Assembly: GCA_013152535.1 (NCBI GenBank)
Contig: JAADGE010000055.1
Span: 466 to 64,465, forward strand
DNA: 64,000 nucleotides
DNA from: Chlorobiota bacterium
GTDB lineage: Bacteria; Bacteroidota; Bacteroidia; Bacteroidales; JAADGE01
Reading direction: 5' to 3'
Shown one piece after another: positions 40,173 to 49,868 of the stretch. The position numbers and the translations under genes were made by a program. Each line of letters starts with the position of its first letter. Position 1 is the stretch's first letter. The notes below the pieces were generated by a model. That model ran no database searches and had not been told where the DNA came from. It saw nothing but the letters and a program-made list of their open reading frames with translations.

Positions 40173-42230
40173 TTATGATTTTATGTCAATTATTTTTAAT
40201 TCAACTCTCCTGTTTCTGGCTCTGTTTTCTTCGGTATTTACCGGCAGATAGGCAGGTTTACTTTCCCCGTATCCTTTTGCAATAATTTGTTCGTCCGGAA
40301 TACCGTTATCGGTTAAATATTCTTTTACTGATGCAGCCCTTCGATCGGATAATTTTAAATTATATGCTTTTGATCCCACATCATCCGTATGAGCGGAAAT
40401 TTCAACTTTCATTTGCGGGTTTATGGTTAACAGTTCAAATAACTGATTTAATTCTGTATATGAACTTTCGTTTAAATCTGCAGAATTACTTTCAAAATTT
40501 ATATCGTGTAATTCAACCTTAGTGTTCTTTTTGAGAGGTTTGAGTTCAGCATTTAAGGTATAATCTGCATCTTCATCAACCAAATTTACGGTTGTGTTGT
40601 AAAAAGCATATCCTTTTGGTTTAACACTGATTTCATATTGTTCCCCGTCACGTAATTTAATTTTTAATTTACCGTTTTTACCGGTTTTTATTTTTCTGAT
40701 AATTTTTTCATTCGTAGAAAGGTTTGTTATTTCAACAACAGTTTCAACACTTTCACCGGTTTCTTGGTTTGAAAGATTAATTTCATAATCAACTTTTTTA
40801 ACCTGTAATTCTAAATCTCGTTCAAATTCACTGAATTGAACAACACCGGTCAAATCTAAATCAAAAGAATTGGTTTTAAAGTGTTTCTGTTCTGCTTCAA
40901 TTTTATATTTTTTACCTATTGCCAGGGTAATATAAAAACGCCCTGTTCCGAGTGTTTTAATCGGCAGATGTATTTTTGTATTTGTTTTTTTATCAATAAT
41001 AGAAATTTTTGCCGGAATGGGTTCGTAAATTTCGGTATCATATACATTTAAAATCAGGTTAACATTTCTGTACAGCTGTATGTTTTTTTGAATTTCCTGA
41101 AATTTATTAATTTTTCGAGCATCGAAATAAAAAAAGTAATGAGATGAGTTTTTATTAAACACTTCAATGCGATATTTTTTACCTTTTTGCAAAAACAGAC
41201 TATATTTTCCGGTTTTTTCATCTGAAGTAACTTGCGATAATATTTCAGATGTATTCGGGTCGATAATATTAACAAAGGCTTTTAATGGTTTGCCGCTTTT
41301 CAAATCTGTTACATAGCCGTAGAAATGAGTCGTTTTTTCAGGTTGTAAACCAATCGGAAGCGGATATTTTACAACTTTTTCATCTTTTGAATTTTTCTTT
41401 TTACTTTTTATTTGATAATACAGAAAATTACCGGACAGAGGAATGCTCGGATAGGCTTCATCTTCCGAATTATTTATTGTGTCAATAGGAATGGGCGTTA
41501 ACCAAGCATTTTTTGTTATTTTTTTTGCGTAATATAAATCAATTCCGGTATTATTATTACCTCTTACTGACATAAAATAGAGTGTTTTTCCGTCGGCAGC
41601 CATTCTCGGAGCACGATCACAACCTGAATTTATCGGATTGGGCAGTGCTTTTGGTATTCCCCAAGCAGTATCATTTTTTTGAGAAACATATATTTGATAA
41701 CATTCATAATCTTCAAATTCCTTATCTTCGAATCGTCTTGCAAAAAATAAATATTTTCCGTCAAAACTTATAAACGGGTCTGTTTCGTCTGCATAACCGT
41801 TAATGGGTGCTTTCATTTTAACAGGTGTTCTCCAAATACCGTCTTCTTTTTTTGTATAATAAATATCAAAATTGGCACGCCTGTCATCGTGTAACATGCT
41901 GAAATATATAACAGTTGCATCATGATTATATGTGGGAGCATCAATAAAATAATCTAAAGAATCATAAATATTTACAGAATCAATAGGAACAGGCAGCGAC
42001 CATTTTCCGTCAGCTTGTTTTTTACTTTCAAACATGTGCCTGAATTTCTTAGTTTGTCGAATGAATACAATGCTGTTACCGTCATAACTTACGTAGGGTG
42101 CAATAGTCCTTTGATTTTCAGAATTAATCGGTTCGGGAAGCAACTCCGCTGTTTGAGAAAATCCGATAATTGAAAACATCAGGAAAATAATAACCGTAAT
42201 ATTTTTTTTTGTAAAAATTTTTAACCCCAT
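40173..42230 (-). CDS. OmpA-family protein with TolB-like beta-propeller repeats and carboxypeptidase-regulatory-like beta-sandwich domains
   Basis: C-terminal OmpA domain (FESNSADL...AHTDDVGSKAYNLKLSDRRAASVKEYL...NRRVELKI). N-terminal repeats of the (I/V)(Y/V)F....G..D(I/L)Y type. Confidence 0.8.
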   Translation of the reverse strand: MGLKIFTKKNITVIIFLMFSIIGFSQTAELLPEPINSENQRTIAPYVSYDGNSIVFIRQTKKFRHMFESKKQADGKWSLPVPIDSVNIYDSLDYFIDAPTYNHDATVIYFSMLHDDRRANFDIYYTKKEDGIWRTPVKMKAPINGYADETDPFISFDGKYLFFARRFEDKEFEDYECYQIYVSQKNDTAWGIPKALPNPINSGCDRAPRMAADGKTLYFMSVRGNNNTGIDLYYAKKITKNAWLTPIPIDTINNSEDEAYPSIPLSGNFLYYQIKSKKKNSKDEKVVKYPLPIGLQPEKTTHFYGYVTDLKSGKPLKAFVNIIDPNTSEILSQVTSDEKTGKYSLFLQKGKKYRIEVFNKNSSHYFFYFDARKINKFQEIQKNIQLYRNVNLILNVYDTEIYEPIPAKISIIDKKTNTKIHLPIKTLGTGRFYITLAIGKKYKIEAEQKHFKTNSFDLDLTGVVQFSEFERDLELQVKKVDYEINLSNQETGESVETVVEITNLSTNEKIIRKIKTGKNGKLKIKLRDGEQYEISVKPKGYAFYNTTVNLVDEDADYTLNAELKPLKKNTKVELHDINFESNSADLNESSYTELNQLFELLTINPQMKVEISAHTDDVGSKAYNLKLSDRRAASVKEYLTDNGIPDEQIIAKGYGESKPAYLPVNTEENRARNRRVELKIIDIKS

Positions 42231-42306
42231 ATAAAAATATTTATCTTACAAATATACAAAAGAACATTAATTCAATTAAATTTTTTTGATATTTACTTAC
42301 AAAAAT

Positions 42307-42314
42307 TATTTTTG
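42307..42314 (+). promoter_or_regulatory. -7 promoter box (TATTTTTG)
   Basis: Matches TAnnTTTG and lies 22 nt before the ATG at 42336. Confidence 0.5.
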
Positions 42315-42335
42315 TGATAAATTAATAATAAGAAA

Positions 42336-44114
42336 ATGGGAAAAACATTTGCAGAAAAAATATTGGGAGCAACAGCCGGAACAGTTGTTTTTAAAAAACC
42401 GAATATCATTTTAACGCATGATAATACGGCAAGCATAAAAAAAACGTTTGAAAAAATGGGCGGTAAAAAAGTTGCCGATCCAAATCAGTTGTTAATCGTT
42501 TTAGACCATAATGCACCTCCCACGACTGCTGCATTAGCTACTCAATATCAAACAATTCGCGATATAGTAAAAGAACAGGGAATTAAAAAATTTTATGATG
42601 CCGGAAAAGGAATTTGCCATCAAATTATGTCGTATCATGCTGAGCCGAAAATGATAATTGCAGGCAGCGACAGTCATACTTGTACCGCCGGAGCATTTAA
42701 TGCACTTGCAGTCGGAATTGACAGAACTGAAGCAGCCGGTTTGTGGAAACGGAGTGAAACATGGTTTAGAATTCCGGAAAGTTTGAAGGTTACTTTAAAA
42801 GGGAAATTGAGAAAAGGTGTTTATGCAAAAGATATTTCTTTGTGGATTATCGGAATGATAGGCTCTGACGGAGCGAATTATATGTCAATTGAATATCACG
42901 GAGACGGAGTTAAAACTTTGGGTATTTCGGAAAGAATGACTTTGGCTAATTTAGCTTCGGAAATGGGAGCAAAAAATGCCGTTTTCCCGCCCGATGAAGT
43001 TTTGGCTGAATTTTACGGGAAAGAAAATATTGAAGGAATTTGGGCAGACGAAGATGCAAACTATGCCAAAGAAATTGAGATTAATTTGAATGAATTATTT
43101 CCCGTTGTTGCCGCCCCGCATTATGTTGATAATGTGAAGGCATTGGCAGAAGTTGCCGGAACGTCAATTCAACAAGGATTTATAGGAACTTGTACGAACG
43201 GTAGAATTGAAGATTTGCGACAAGCTGCAGAAATTTTAAAAGGGAAAAAAGTTGCCGAAGGATTTCAATTACTGATTACTCCGGCATCGCAAAAAATATA
43301 TTTGCAGGCAATGAAAGAGGGTTTGATTGAAATTTTTTTAGAAACCGGAGCAAATGTTTTATCGTCTTCCTGCGGTCCGTGTTTGGGAACCGGACAAGGT
43401 ATTCCTGCCGACGGGTATAATGTAATTTCTACGGCAAATCGGAATTTTCTCGGTCGTATGGGCAACAAAAACGCAAGTATTTATTTGGCATCGCCGGCAA
43501 ATGTTGCTGCTTCCGCACTTAAAGGCGAAATTACGGCTGCTTTTGCGTTTGATAAAAACGATAAGTTTCCGTATAAAAAAGAACAAAGTAAAACTTTAAC
43601 TATTTCCGAAAACGAAAACAGAAGGACAGAGAACGGAGTTTGGAATTATGCCGATGTTGATGATTTGAATACAGATCAAATGTTTGCCGGAAACTTGACA
43701 TACAAAGTGTTAAGTTCTGAACCGGAAACTATAATTCCGCATTTATTTGTCGGCTTTGACCCGAATTTCCATAAAAATGTACAAAAAGATGATATTATCA
43801 TTGCCGGAGATAATTTCGGTTGCGGAAGTTCGCGCGAACATCCTGCCGTAGGGCTTTCTTATCTGGGTGTGAAGGCGGTTATCGTAAAATCTGTTAATCG
43901 TATTTTTTATCGCTCGTCAATAAATCAAGGACTTCTGCTTATTGTTCATCCGCAGGCAGTTGAAGCATACAAATCGGGAGATAAAGTAGATATTGATTTT
44001 GATAATTCAAATATTACCGTTGGCGGAAAGCAATTTAATTTTGCACCATTACCGGAAAAATTGATGCAGATTATTAAGAAAAGAGGTTTGGTAAATTGGA
44101 TTAAAGAGCAATAG
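42336..44114 (+). CDS. aconitase-superfamily dehydratase, fused LeuC-like large and LeuD-like small subunits (3-isopropylmalate / homoaconitate dehydratase type)
   Basis: Large-subunit motifs GSDSHTCTAGAF, GTCTNGRIEDL, SCGPCLG and STANRNFLGRMG, followed by the small-subunit motif GDNFGCGSSREHPA in one 592-aa ORF. Confidence 0.8.
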   Translation: MGKTFAEKILGATAGTVVFKKPNIILTHDNTASIKKTFEKMGGKKVADPNQLLIVLDHNAPPTTAALATQYQTIRDIVKEQGIKKFYDAGKGICHQIMSYHAEPKMIIAGSDSHTCTAGAFNALAVGIDRTEAAGLWKRSETWFRIPESLKVTLKGKLRKGVYAKDISLWIIGMIGSDGANYMSIEYHGDGVKTLGISERMTLANLASEMGAKNAVFPPDEVLAEFYGKENIEGIWADEDANYAKEIEINLNELFPVVAAPHYVDNVKALAEVAGTSIQQGFIGTCTNGRIEDLRQAAEILKGKKVAEGFQLLITPASQKIYLQAMKEGLIEIFLETGANVLSSSCGPCLGTGQGIPADGYNVISTANRNFLGRMGNKNASIYLASPANVAASALKGEITAAFAFDKNDKFPYKKEQSKTLTISENENRRTENGVWNYADVDDLNTDQMFAGNLTYKVLSSEPETIIPHLFVGFDPNFHKNVQKDDIIIAGDNFGCGSSREHPAVGLSYLGVKAVIVKSVNRIFYRSSINQGLLLIVHPQAVEAYKSGDKVDIDFDNSNITVGGKQFNFAPLPEKLMQIIKKRGLVNWIKEQ

Positions 44115-44125
44115 TTTTATAATCA

Positions 44126-44158
44126 AGACCTAACAGGTTTTTAAAACCTGTTAGGTCT
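44126..44158. terminator. bidirectional hairpin between convergent genes
   Basis: agacctaacaggttt-ttaaa-acctgttaggtct, a 13-14 bp stem. Confidence 0.7.
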
Positions 44159-44179
44159 CGGTTAGAATTAAATTAATAT

Positions 44180-45436
44180 TTATCGTCTTCTTCTGTTATT
44201 TTGTGTTTGAGAATTTCCCTGCTTTTTTTTCCTGTTTGCAAAAAATTCTTGTTTTCGTCGCTGCTTTTCTTTTTCAACCTCTTTTTTCTCTGCTTGTGTC
44301 ATTGGTTTATCGGTTTGCAGAAACGGATGATTATTAACCACATTAATTTTCAGCTTAATTAATTTTTCAATATCTCGGATATAAATATTTTCTTCAGGTT
44401 CGCATAATGAAATTGAATTTCCGGCTTCGCCTGCTCTGCCCGAACGACCGATACGATGAACATAGTCTTCGGCAACATTAGGGATGTCATAATTAATCAC
44501 ATATTTTAGTTTTTGAATATCAATACCTCTCGCTGCTATATCGGTGGCAACTAATACTCTGATTTCACCGGCTTTAAATTGTTTTAAAACTTTTTGACGG
44601 TTGTTTTGTGCTTTATCGCCGTGAATGGCAGCGGAGTTTATTTTGTGCTTTTTAAGATTGCGTGCAATTTTATCTGCACCGTGTTTGGTTCTGGAGAACA
44701 ATAAAACTTGCTCATTTTCAATATTTTGAAGAATATGTAAGAGTAAATCTTTTTTTGTTGATTTATTTGTAAAATACACATATTGTTGAATGGTTTCAGC
44801 TGTTGAAGAAACCGGATTAACTTCAATTTTTACGGGATTTTTCAGAATTTTTGAAGACAGTTCAACGATATTTCTCGGCATTGTGGCAGAAAAAAACAAG
44901 GATTGTCTTTTGTACGGCAACAACTTTATTATTTTTCGAATGTCGTGAATGAAACCCATATCCAGCATTCTGTCAGCTTCGTCCAGAACAAAAATATCGA
45001 GTTCATTTAATTTGATAAACCCCTGATTTATAAGGTCTAATAGTCTGCCCGGAGTTGCCGTCAAAATATGCACACCGCTATTTAATTTATCAACTTGTTT
45101 GCCTTGTTTTACGCCGCCGAAAATTACGGTATGTTTTACACGTGTATATTTTCCGTATTCTCTGATATTGTCATCAATTTGAATGGCAAGTTCTCTTGTC
45201 GGGGTAACAATCAAAGCTTTTATTTTTACTTTTCCTCCTGTATTGTATATGTGTTGAATAATCGGAATTGCAAATGCTGCCGTTTTTCCGGTTCCTGTTT
45301 GGGCACTTCCCAGAACATCTTTTCCGTTAAGAATAATCGGAATTGCTTTGCTTTGTATGCTTGTAGGTTCGGTATAGTTTTTATCTTTAAGAGCCTTTAA
45401 TACAGGCTCAATAATATTCATGTTTTCAAATTTCAT
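44180..45436 (-). CDS. DEAD-box ATP-dependent RNA helicase with basic C-terminal tail
   Basis: Motifs AQTGTGKT, DEAD (VLDEADRMLDMGF), SAT and HRIGRSGRAG. Confidence 0.9.
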   Translation of the reverse strand: MKFENMNIIEPVLKALKDKNYTEPTSIQSKAIPIILNGKDVLGSAQTGTGKTAAFAIPIIQHIYNTGGKVKIKALIVTPTRELAIQIDDNIREYGKYTRVKHTVIFGGVKQGKQVDKLNSGVHILTATPGRLLDLINQGFIKLNELDIFVLDEADRMLDMGFIHDIRKIIKLLPYKRQSLFFSATMPRNIVELSSKILKNPVKIEVNPVSSTAETIQQYVYFTNKSTKKDLLLHILQNIENEQVLLFSRTKHGADKIARNLKKHKINSAAIHGDKAQNNRQKVLKQFKAGEIRVLVATDIAARGIDIQKLKYVINYDIPNVAEDYVHRIGRSGRAGEAGNSISLCEPEENIYIRDIEKLIKLKINVVNNHPFLQTDKPMTQAEKKEVEKEKQRRKQEFFANRKKKQGNSQTQNNRRRR

Positions 45437-45555
45437 TAATCTGTTAATTTTGTTTACCGGTAAAAAATAATAGTGGTATATTTTGAAGAGGTAAGATTTA
45501 TATCGGCTGCAAATATAGACATTAATTTATATATTGCAATTTATTATATGATAAT

Positions 45556-45581
45556 CCGTGGCACGCTGCAGCGTGCCACGG
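45556..45581. repeat. 26-nt perfect GC-rich palindrome ccgtggcacgctgcagcgtgccacgg
   Basis: Self-complementary over its whole length. Lies 50 nt downstream of the murF-alr stop. Confidence 0.9.
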
Positions 45582-45630
45582 TTAACAAGAGACATTATTA
45601 GTAAAGAAATGTAAGTTAAATATTTCTTTT

Positions 45631-48099
45631 TTATCCTAAATAAACCCGCTTCACCCGTTCCGAAATACCGGAAATAATTTCATACGGAATCGTGTTCAAT
45701 TTTTCGGCAATTTTACTTGCCGGATAATCATCACCGAAAATAATTACTTCATCGCCTTCATCAGCTTCAATGTCCGTAATATCAGCTATGCACATATCCA
45801 TACATACATTTCCGACAATCGGGACTTTTTGCCCTTTTATCAGAACTTCGCCGACACCGTTACTCAATGCACGACTGTATCCGTCAGCATAACCAATCGG
45901 CAAAATTGCAATTCTTGTTTCTCTGTTTGCCGTCCATTTTCTGCCGTAACCTACTGTTTCGCCGTTATGTACCTTTTTAATTTGTAAAATTCGTGTTTTT
46001 AAGGTGCTGACATTCATTAGTTTGTCTTGATTAAAGCCGAAACCGTAAAGTCCGATACCCAATCTAACCATTTCAAAACTTGCTTCCGGAAAACGTTCAA
46101 TACCCGAAGAATTTAGAATATGTCGATCAATCGGATAGTTTAATTCCGCAATAATTTTACTGCTGATTTGTTTGAATTTTTCAATTTGCCGGTTTGTAAA
46201 ATCATCTTTTCCCGGCTCATCGGAAACTGCAAGATGAGAAAAAACTGTTTTGACATAAATTTGCGGATAGTGTTTTAATTTTTGTATCAATTCATCAATT
46301 TCAAAATAACAAAATCCCAGGCGTTTCATTCCGGTATCAATTTTAATGTGTATCGGAATTTTGCCGCTTGCATATTTTTCTGCTTTTTCGGCAAAAGTAT
46401 CTAAAATACCGAAACTGTATATTTCGGGTTCCAGTCGGTAATCAATAATATCCGAAAATCCGTCTTCGTCGGGATTCATAACGATAATATCGCTTGTAAT
46501 GCCGGCAGTTCTTAATTTTACGCCTTCGTCGGTAAATGCCGTACCGAGAAAATCGACTTTATGATGCTGTAAAATTTTGGCAATTTCATAAGTTCCGCTG
46601 CCGTACGACAGGGCTTTTACCATTACCGTAATTTTAGTTCCGTTTTTCAGTAAAGACTTGTAGTAGTTTAAGTTATGAACAAGAGCTTCGAGATTAATTT
46701 CAAGAACCGTGCGGTGTTTTTTTAGTTGAAGAGCATCCGAAATGTCTTCAAATTTAAAGGCACGAGACCCTTTTAAAAGAATATTTTCGTTTCGGAAATT
46801 TTGTTTTGAAAAAGTCTTTAAAAATTGTTCGCTTGTGTGGTAAAAAAAAGATTGCTTAATGTCTGCAAAGTAATTTTTGTATTCGGATACGGCTTTTCCG
46901 ATACCGATAAATTTTGTAATTTTTGCATTTTTTACATATTCGGCTACTTTTTGATACAATACGGCATTTTTAATACCGCTCTGATAAATATCCGAAAAAA
47001 TTAATGTTTTATTTTTATGAACAGATTGATATTCAAGCGTGTCGAGGGCAATTTTCAAAGAAATAAGGTCGGAATTATAACTGTCGTTTATCAGTGAACA
47101 ATTATTGATGCCTTGTTTTTGTTCAATACGCATTTCTACGGGTTCCAGCTCGGCAAATCGACTTAATATTTCTTTCGTAACTATATTACGGGCATATAAA
47201 AACGACAGACAAACCAGTGAATTTTTAACTGATGCTTCGTCAATAAAAGGAATTTGATAATGAACTTCTTTATTTTGATATATAACGGTAATATCGGAAA
47301 CCGATTGTCGTTTTTGTATTTTTTTCAAATATAAATCGGCATTGGTATTTTGTGTTGACCAAGTAAATATTTTTTTAGTATTATAATTATCATTTGTTTC
47401 GATAATGTCCTTTAATTCAGAATAATCGGGAGAATAGATAATTGTATTAACACCATTCATCAACTGTATTTTTTCCTTTGCTTTTTCTGTTTTATCCGAA
47501 AAGTTTTCCTGGTGTGCATCTCCCAAAGAAACGAATATTCCGATGTCGGGTTTTATAACGGCTTCTAATTTTTGCATTTCGCCGATTTGTGAAATGCCGG
47601 CTTCGATAAAAGCAAAATCAAAATCCTTGTTTAACAACAGTAAAGACAAGGGAACACCGGTTTGCGAATTGTAACTTTTAGGACTTCTTACAATCTTATA
47701 ATCATCTTTAAGAAGTTGAAATAACCACTCTTTAACAATCGTTTTTCCGTTGCTTCCGATAATTGCCGTAAGCAGTTTTTTAAATTGTTTTCTGTAATAA
47801 AGCCCTAATTTTTGAAGTGCCGGCAAAGTATCTGAAACTACGATAAAATTTGCGGTTTTTAATATATTAAAAGAGGTTCTCATTTCTGAAACAACAAAAT
47901 TTTTAACCCCTCTTTCGTATAAATCCGGAATAAACTGATGTCCGTCGCGGCTGTTTCCTTTCAGTGCAAAAAAAACTTGTTCGGAAGATGAAGCAATACT
48001 TCTGCTGTCAATTATAATTTCGGAAATAAAAGCGTTTTTATCTCCGATTAATCTGCCGTTTGTAATTTCAGACAGGGTTTTGAGTGAAATTCCGGTCAT
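45631..48099 (-). CDS. bifunctional UDP-N-acetylmuramoyl-tripeptide--D-alanyl-D-alanine ligase (MurF) / alanine racemase (Alr) fusion
   Basis: The N-terminal half is Mur-ligase-like (GSNGKT P-loop). The C-terminal half is an alanine racemase (VKALSYGSG with the PLP lysine context, ...GYADGY...). 822 aa, a fusion typical of Bacteroidota. Confidence 0.9.
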   Translation of the reverse strand: MTGISLKTLSEITNGRLIGDKNAFISEIIIDSRSIASSSEQVFFALKGNSRDGHQFIPDLYERGVKNFVVSEMRTSFNILKTANFIVVSDTLPALQKLGLYYRKQFKKLLTAIIGSNGKTIVKEWLFQLLKDDYKIVRSPKSYNSQTGVPLSLLLLNKDFDFAFIEAGISQIGEMQKLEAVIKPDIGIFVSLGDAHQENFSDKTEKAKEKIQLMNGVNTIIYSPDYSELKDIIETNDNYNTKKIFTWSTQNTNADLYLKKIQKRQSVSDITVIYQNKEVHYQIPFIDEASVKNSLVCLSFLYARNIVTKEILSRFAELEPVEMRIEQKQGINNCSLINDSYNSDLISLKIALDTLEYQSVHKNKTLIFSDIYQSGIKNAVLYQKVAEYVKNAKITKFIGIGKAVSEYKNYFADIKQSFFYHTSEQFLKTFSKQNFRNENILLKGSRAFKFEDISDALQLKKHRTVLEINLEALVHNLNYYKSLLKNGTKITVMVKALSYGSGTYEIAKILQHHKVDFLGTAFTDEGVKLRTAGITSDIIVMNPDEDGFSDIIDYRLEPEIYSFGILDTFAEKAEKYASGKIPIHIKIDTGMKRLGFCYFEIDELIQKLKHYPQIYVKTVFSHLAVSDEPGKDDFTNRQIEKFKQISSKIIAELNYPIDRHILNSSGIERFPEASFEMVRLGIGLYGFGFNQDKLMNVSTLKTRILQIKKVHNGETVGYGRKWTANRETRIAILPIGYADGYSRALSNGVGEVLIKGQKVPIVGNVCMDMCIADITDIEADEGDEVIIFGDDYPASKIAEKLNTIPYEIISGISERVKRVYLG

Positions 48100-48191
48100 T
48101 ATTTACTACTTTTGTAAAATAAAACAATAATCAAAAGTAATAATTCTTATTTTAAAATCAATTTTCATTCAAATAATTCATTGGTTCGGCT

Positions 48192-49166
48192 ATGTTTACA
48201 ATTTCACAATTACAAGATATTATTTCCGAAAAATTTTCGACATTAAATTTTGATAAAAAACCGCAAAGACTATATGAACCGATTGAATATACTTTGGCTT
48301 CGGGAGGAAAACGAATTCGACCGGCATTGGTTTTGGCGGCATGCAATATGTTTTCCGAAAAAATTGAAACGGCAATACCGGCAGCTCTGGCTTTTGAAGT
48401 TTTTCATAATTTTACGCTGTTGCACGATGATATTATGGATAATTCGCCCGTTCGGCGAAATAAAGAAACCGTTCACAAGAAATGGAATAAAAACATCGCC
48501 ATACTTTCCGGCGATGCTATGATGATACAGGCATACGAATTTTTATCCGAGTTACCTTCCGAATTATTAAAAAAGATATTGCCTTTGTTTAATAAAACTG
48601 CTCTTGAAGTTTGTGAAGGGCAGCAATACGATATGGATTTTGAAAAATGCGATAATGTGTCGGAGGAAAAATATTTGAATATGATTAAATTAAAAACATC
48701 GGTATTGATTGCCGCAGCATTAAAAACCGGTGCGATAATAGGAGGTGCAAGTGAAAAAAACGCTGATTTACTTTATGATTTCGGTATTAATATCGGCTTG
48801 GCATTTCAAATTCAGGATGATTTATTGGATACTTATGCCGATACGTCTGTTTTCGGAAAAAAAATCGGAAATGATATTTTGACCGGAAAAAAAACTTTTC
48901 TTTTAATAAACGCCTTACAAAAATCCGGAATAAAGGAATTCGATAAGTTAAGAAATCTTATAAAAAATAAAAAAATTGAAGACGATGAAAAAATAAAATC
49001 AGTTATTCAAATTTATGACGATTTTAATATTAAAAGTTTAACCGAAAACAGAATAAAAAAATACCATAAAAAAGCACTGCAATCTTTAAATTTAGTATCT
49101 TGCGAAAATAATAAAAAACAGATTTCAGCAGAATTTGCCGATATGATAATGAACAGAAAAAAATAG
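48192..49166 (+). CDS. polyprenyl (geranylgeranyl/farnesyl-type) diphosphate synthase
   Basis: Asp-rich motifs LLHDDIMDNS and FQIQDDLLD. Confidence 0.85.
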   Translation: MFTISQLQDIISEKFSTLNFDKKPQRLYEPIEYTLASGGKRIRPALVLAACNMFSEKIETAIPAALAFEVFHNFTLLHDDIMDNSPVRRNKETVHKKWNKNIAILSGDAMMIQAYEFLSELPSELLKKILPLFNKTALEVCEGQQYDMDFEKCDNVSEEKYLNMIKLKTSVLIAAALKTGAIIGGASEKNADLLYDFGINIGLAFQIQDDLLDTYADTSVFGKKIGNDILTGKKTFLLINALQKSGIKEFDKLRNLIKNKKIEDDEKIKSVIQIYDDFNIKSLTENRIKKYHKKALQSLNLVSCENNKKQISAEFADMIMNRKK

Positions 49167-49174
49167 CAGTAAAA

Positions 49175-49747
49175 ATGGAGGAAAATAAAATTCATATTAA
49201 AAACATGGTATGCCCTCGCTGTGTTTCTGCCGTAAAACGAACACTTACCGAAATGCAAATTCCGTTTACGGAAGTAAAACTTGGTGAAGTTGTTTTAGCT
49301 GTTGACAAAAAAGAAATCGACAAAGAACTTTTTGACAAAAAACTTCACAAAATCGGATTCGAACTCATTGATGACGAAAAAAGTCATATCGTCAGCCAAA
49401 TTAAAACCGAAATTATTAAATACATACATTATTCGCCCGATTTAATACGAAAAGTGAATTTTTCGGATTATCTTGCCGACAAAATCGGACATAATTATTC
49501 TTACCTGAGCCGCCTGTTTTCTTCCGTTGAAGTTCAAACTATTGAAAAATACATTATTCAGCAAAAAATCGAAAAAGTTAAAGAACTTCTTATTTATGAA
49601 GAACTTTCGCTTTCGGAAATTTCTTATGATTTGGATTACAGCAGCGTGCAACATCTTTCGCGGCAATTTAAAAATGTTACCGGAATGACCCCGACGGAAT
49701 TTAAAAAATTGGAAAAGAAAAACCGAAGACCTTTAAACGAAATATAA
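49175..49747 (+). CDS. AraC-family transcriptional regulator with N-terminal HMA-like metal-binding domain
   Basis: The N-terminus IHIKNMVCPRCVSAVKRTL carries the MxCxxC motif of HMA folds. The C-terminal AraC HTH reads LSEISYDLDYSSVQHLSRQFKNVTGMTPTEFKK. Confidence 0.8.
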   Translation: MEENKIHIKNMVCPRCVSAVKRTLTEMQIPFTEVKLGEVVLAVDKKEIDKELFDKKLHKIGFELIDDEKSHIVSQIKTEIIKYIHYSPDLIRKVNFSDYLADKIGHNYSYLSRLFSSVEVQTIEKYIIQQKIEKVKELLIYEELSLSEISYDLDYSSVQHLSRQFKNVTGMTPTEFKKLEKKNRRPLNEI

Positions 49748-49837
49748 TTCTGAATTTTGTCCTTTCAATTTTCAATTTTCTGCAAAACTATATAAATCAT
49801 CTCCTTAATTGTATGAAGTTTTTATTTCATACCGGCG

Positions 49838-49845
49838 TAACTTTG
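49838..49845 (+). promoter_or_regulatory. -7 promoter box (TAACTTTG) upstream of copA
   Basis: Matches TAnnTTTG and lies 24 nt before the ATG at 49869. Confidence 0.5.
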
Positions 49846-49868
49846 CCGTAAATAAAAACAATACGATT

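Noticed and set aside
48158-48522. Small ORFs overlapping the 5' end of the polyprenyl synthase gene (48158-48346 on the minus strand, 48250-48522 on the plus strand, 48270-48476 on the minus strand)
   Set aside because: They are nested in or antisense to a well-supported CDS, and their translations have no recognisable features.
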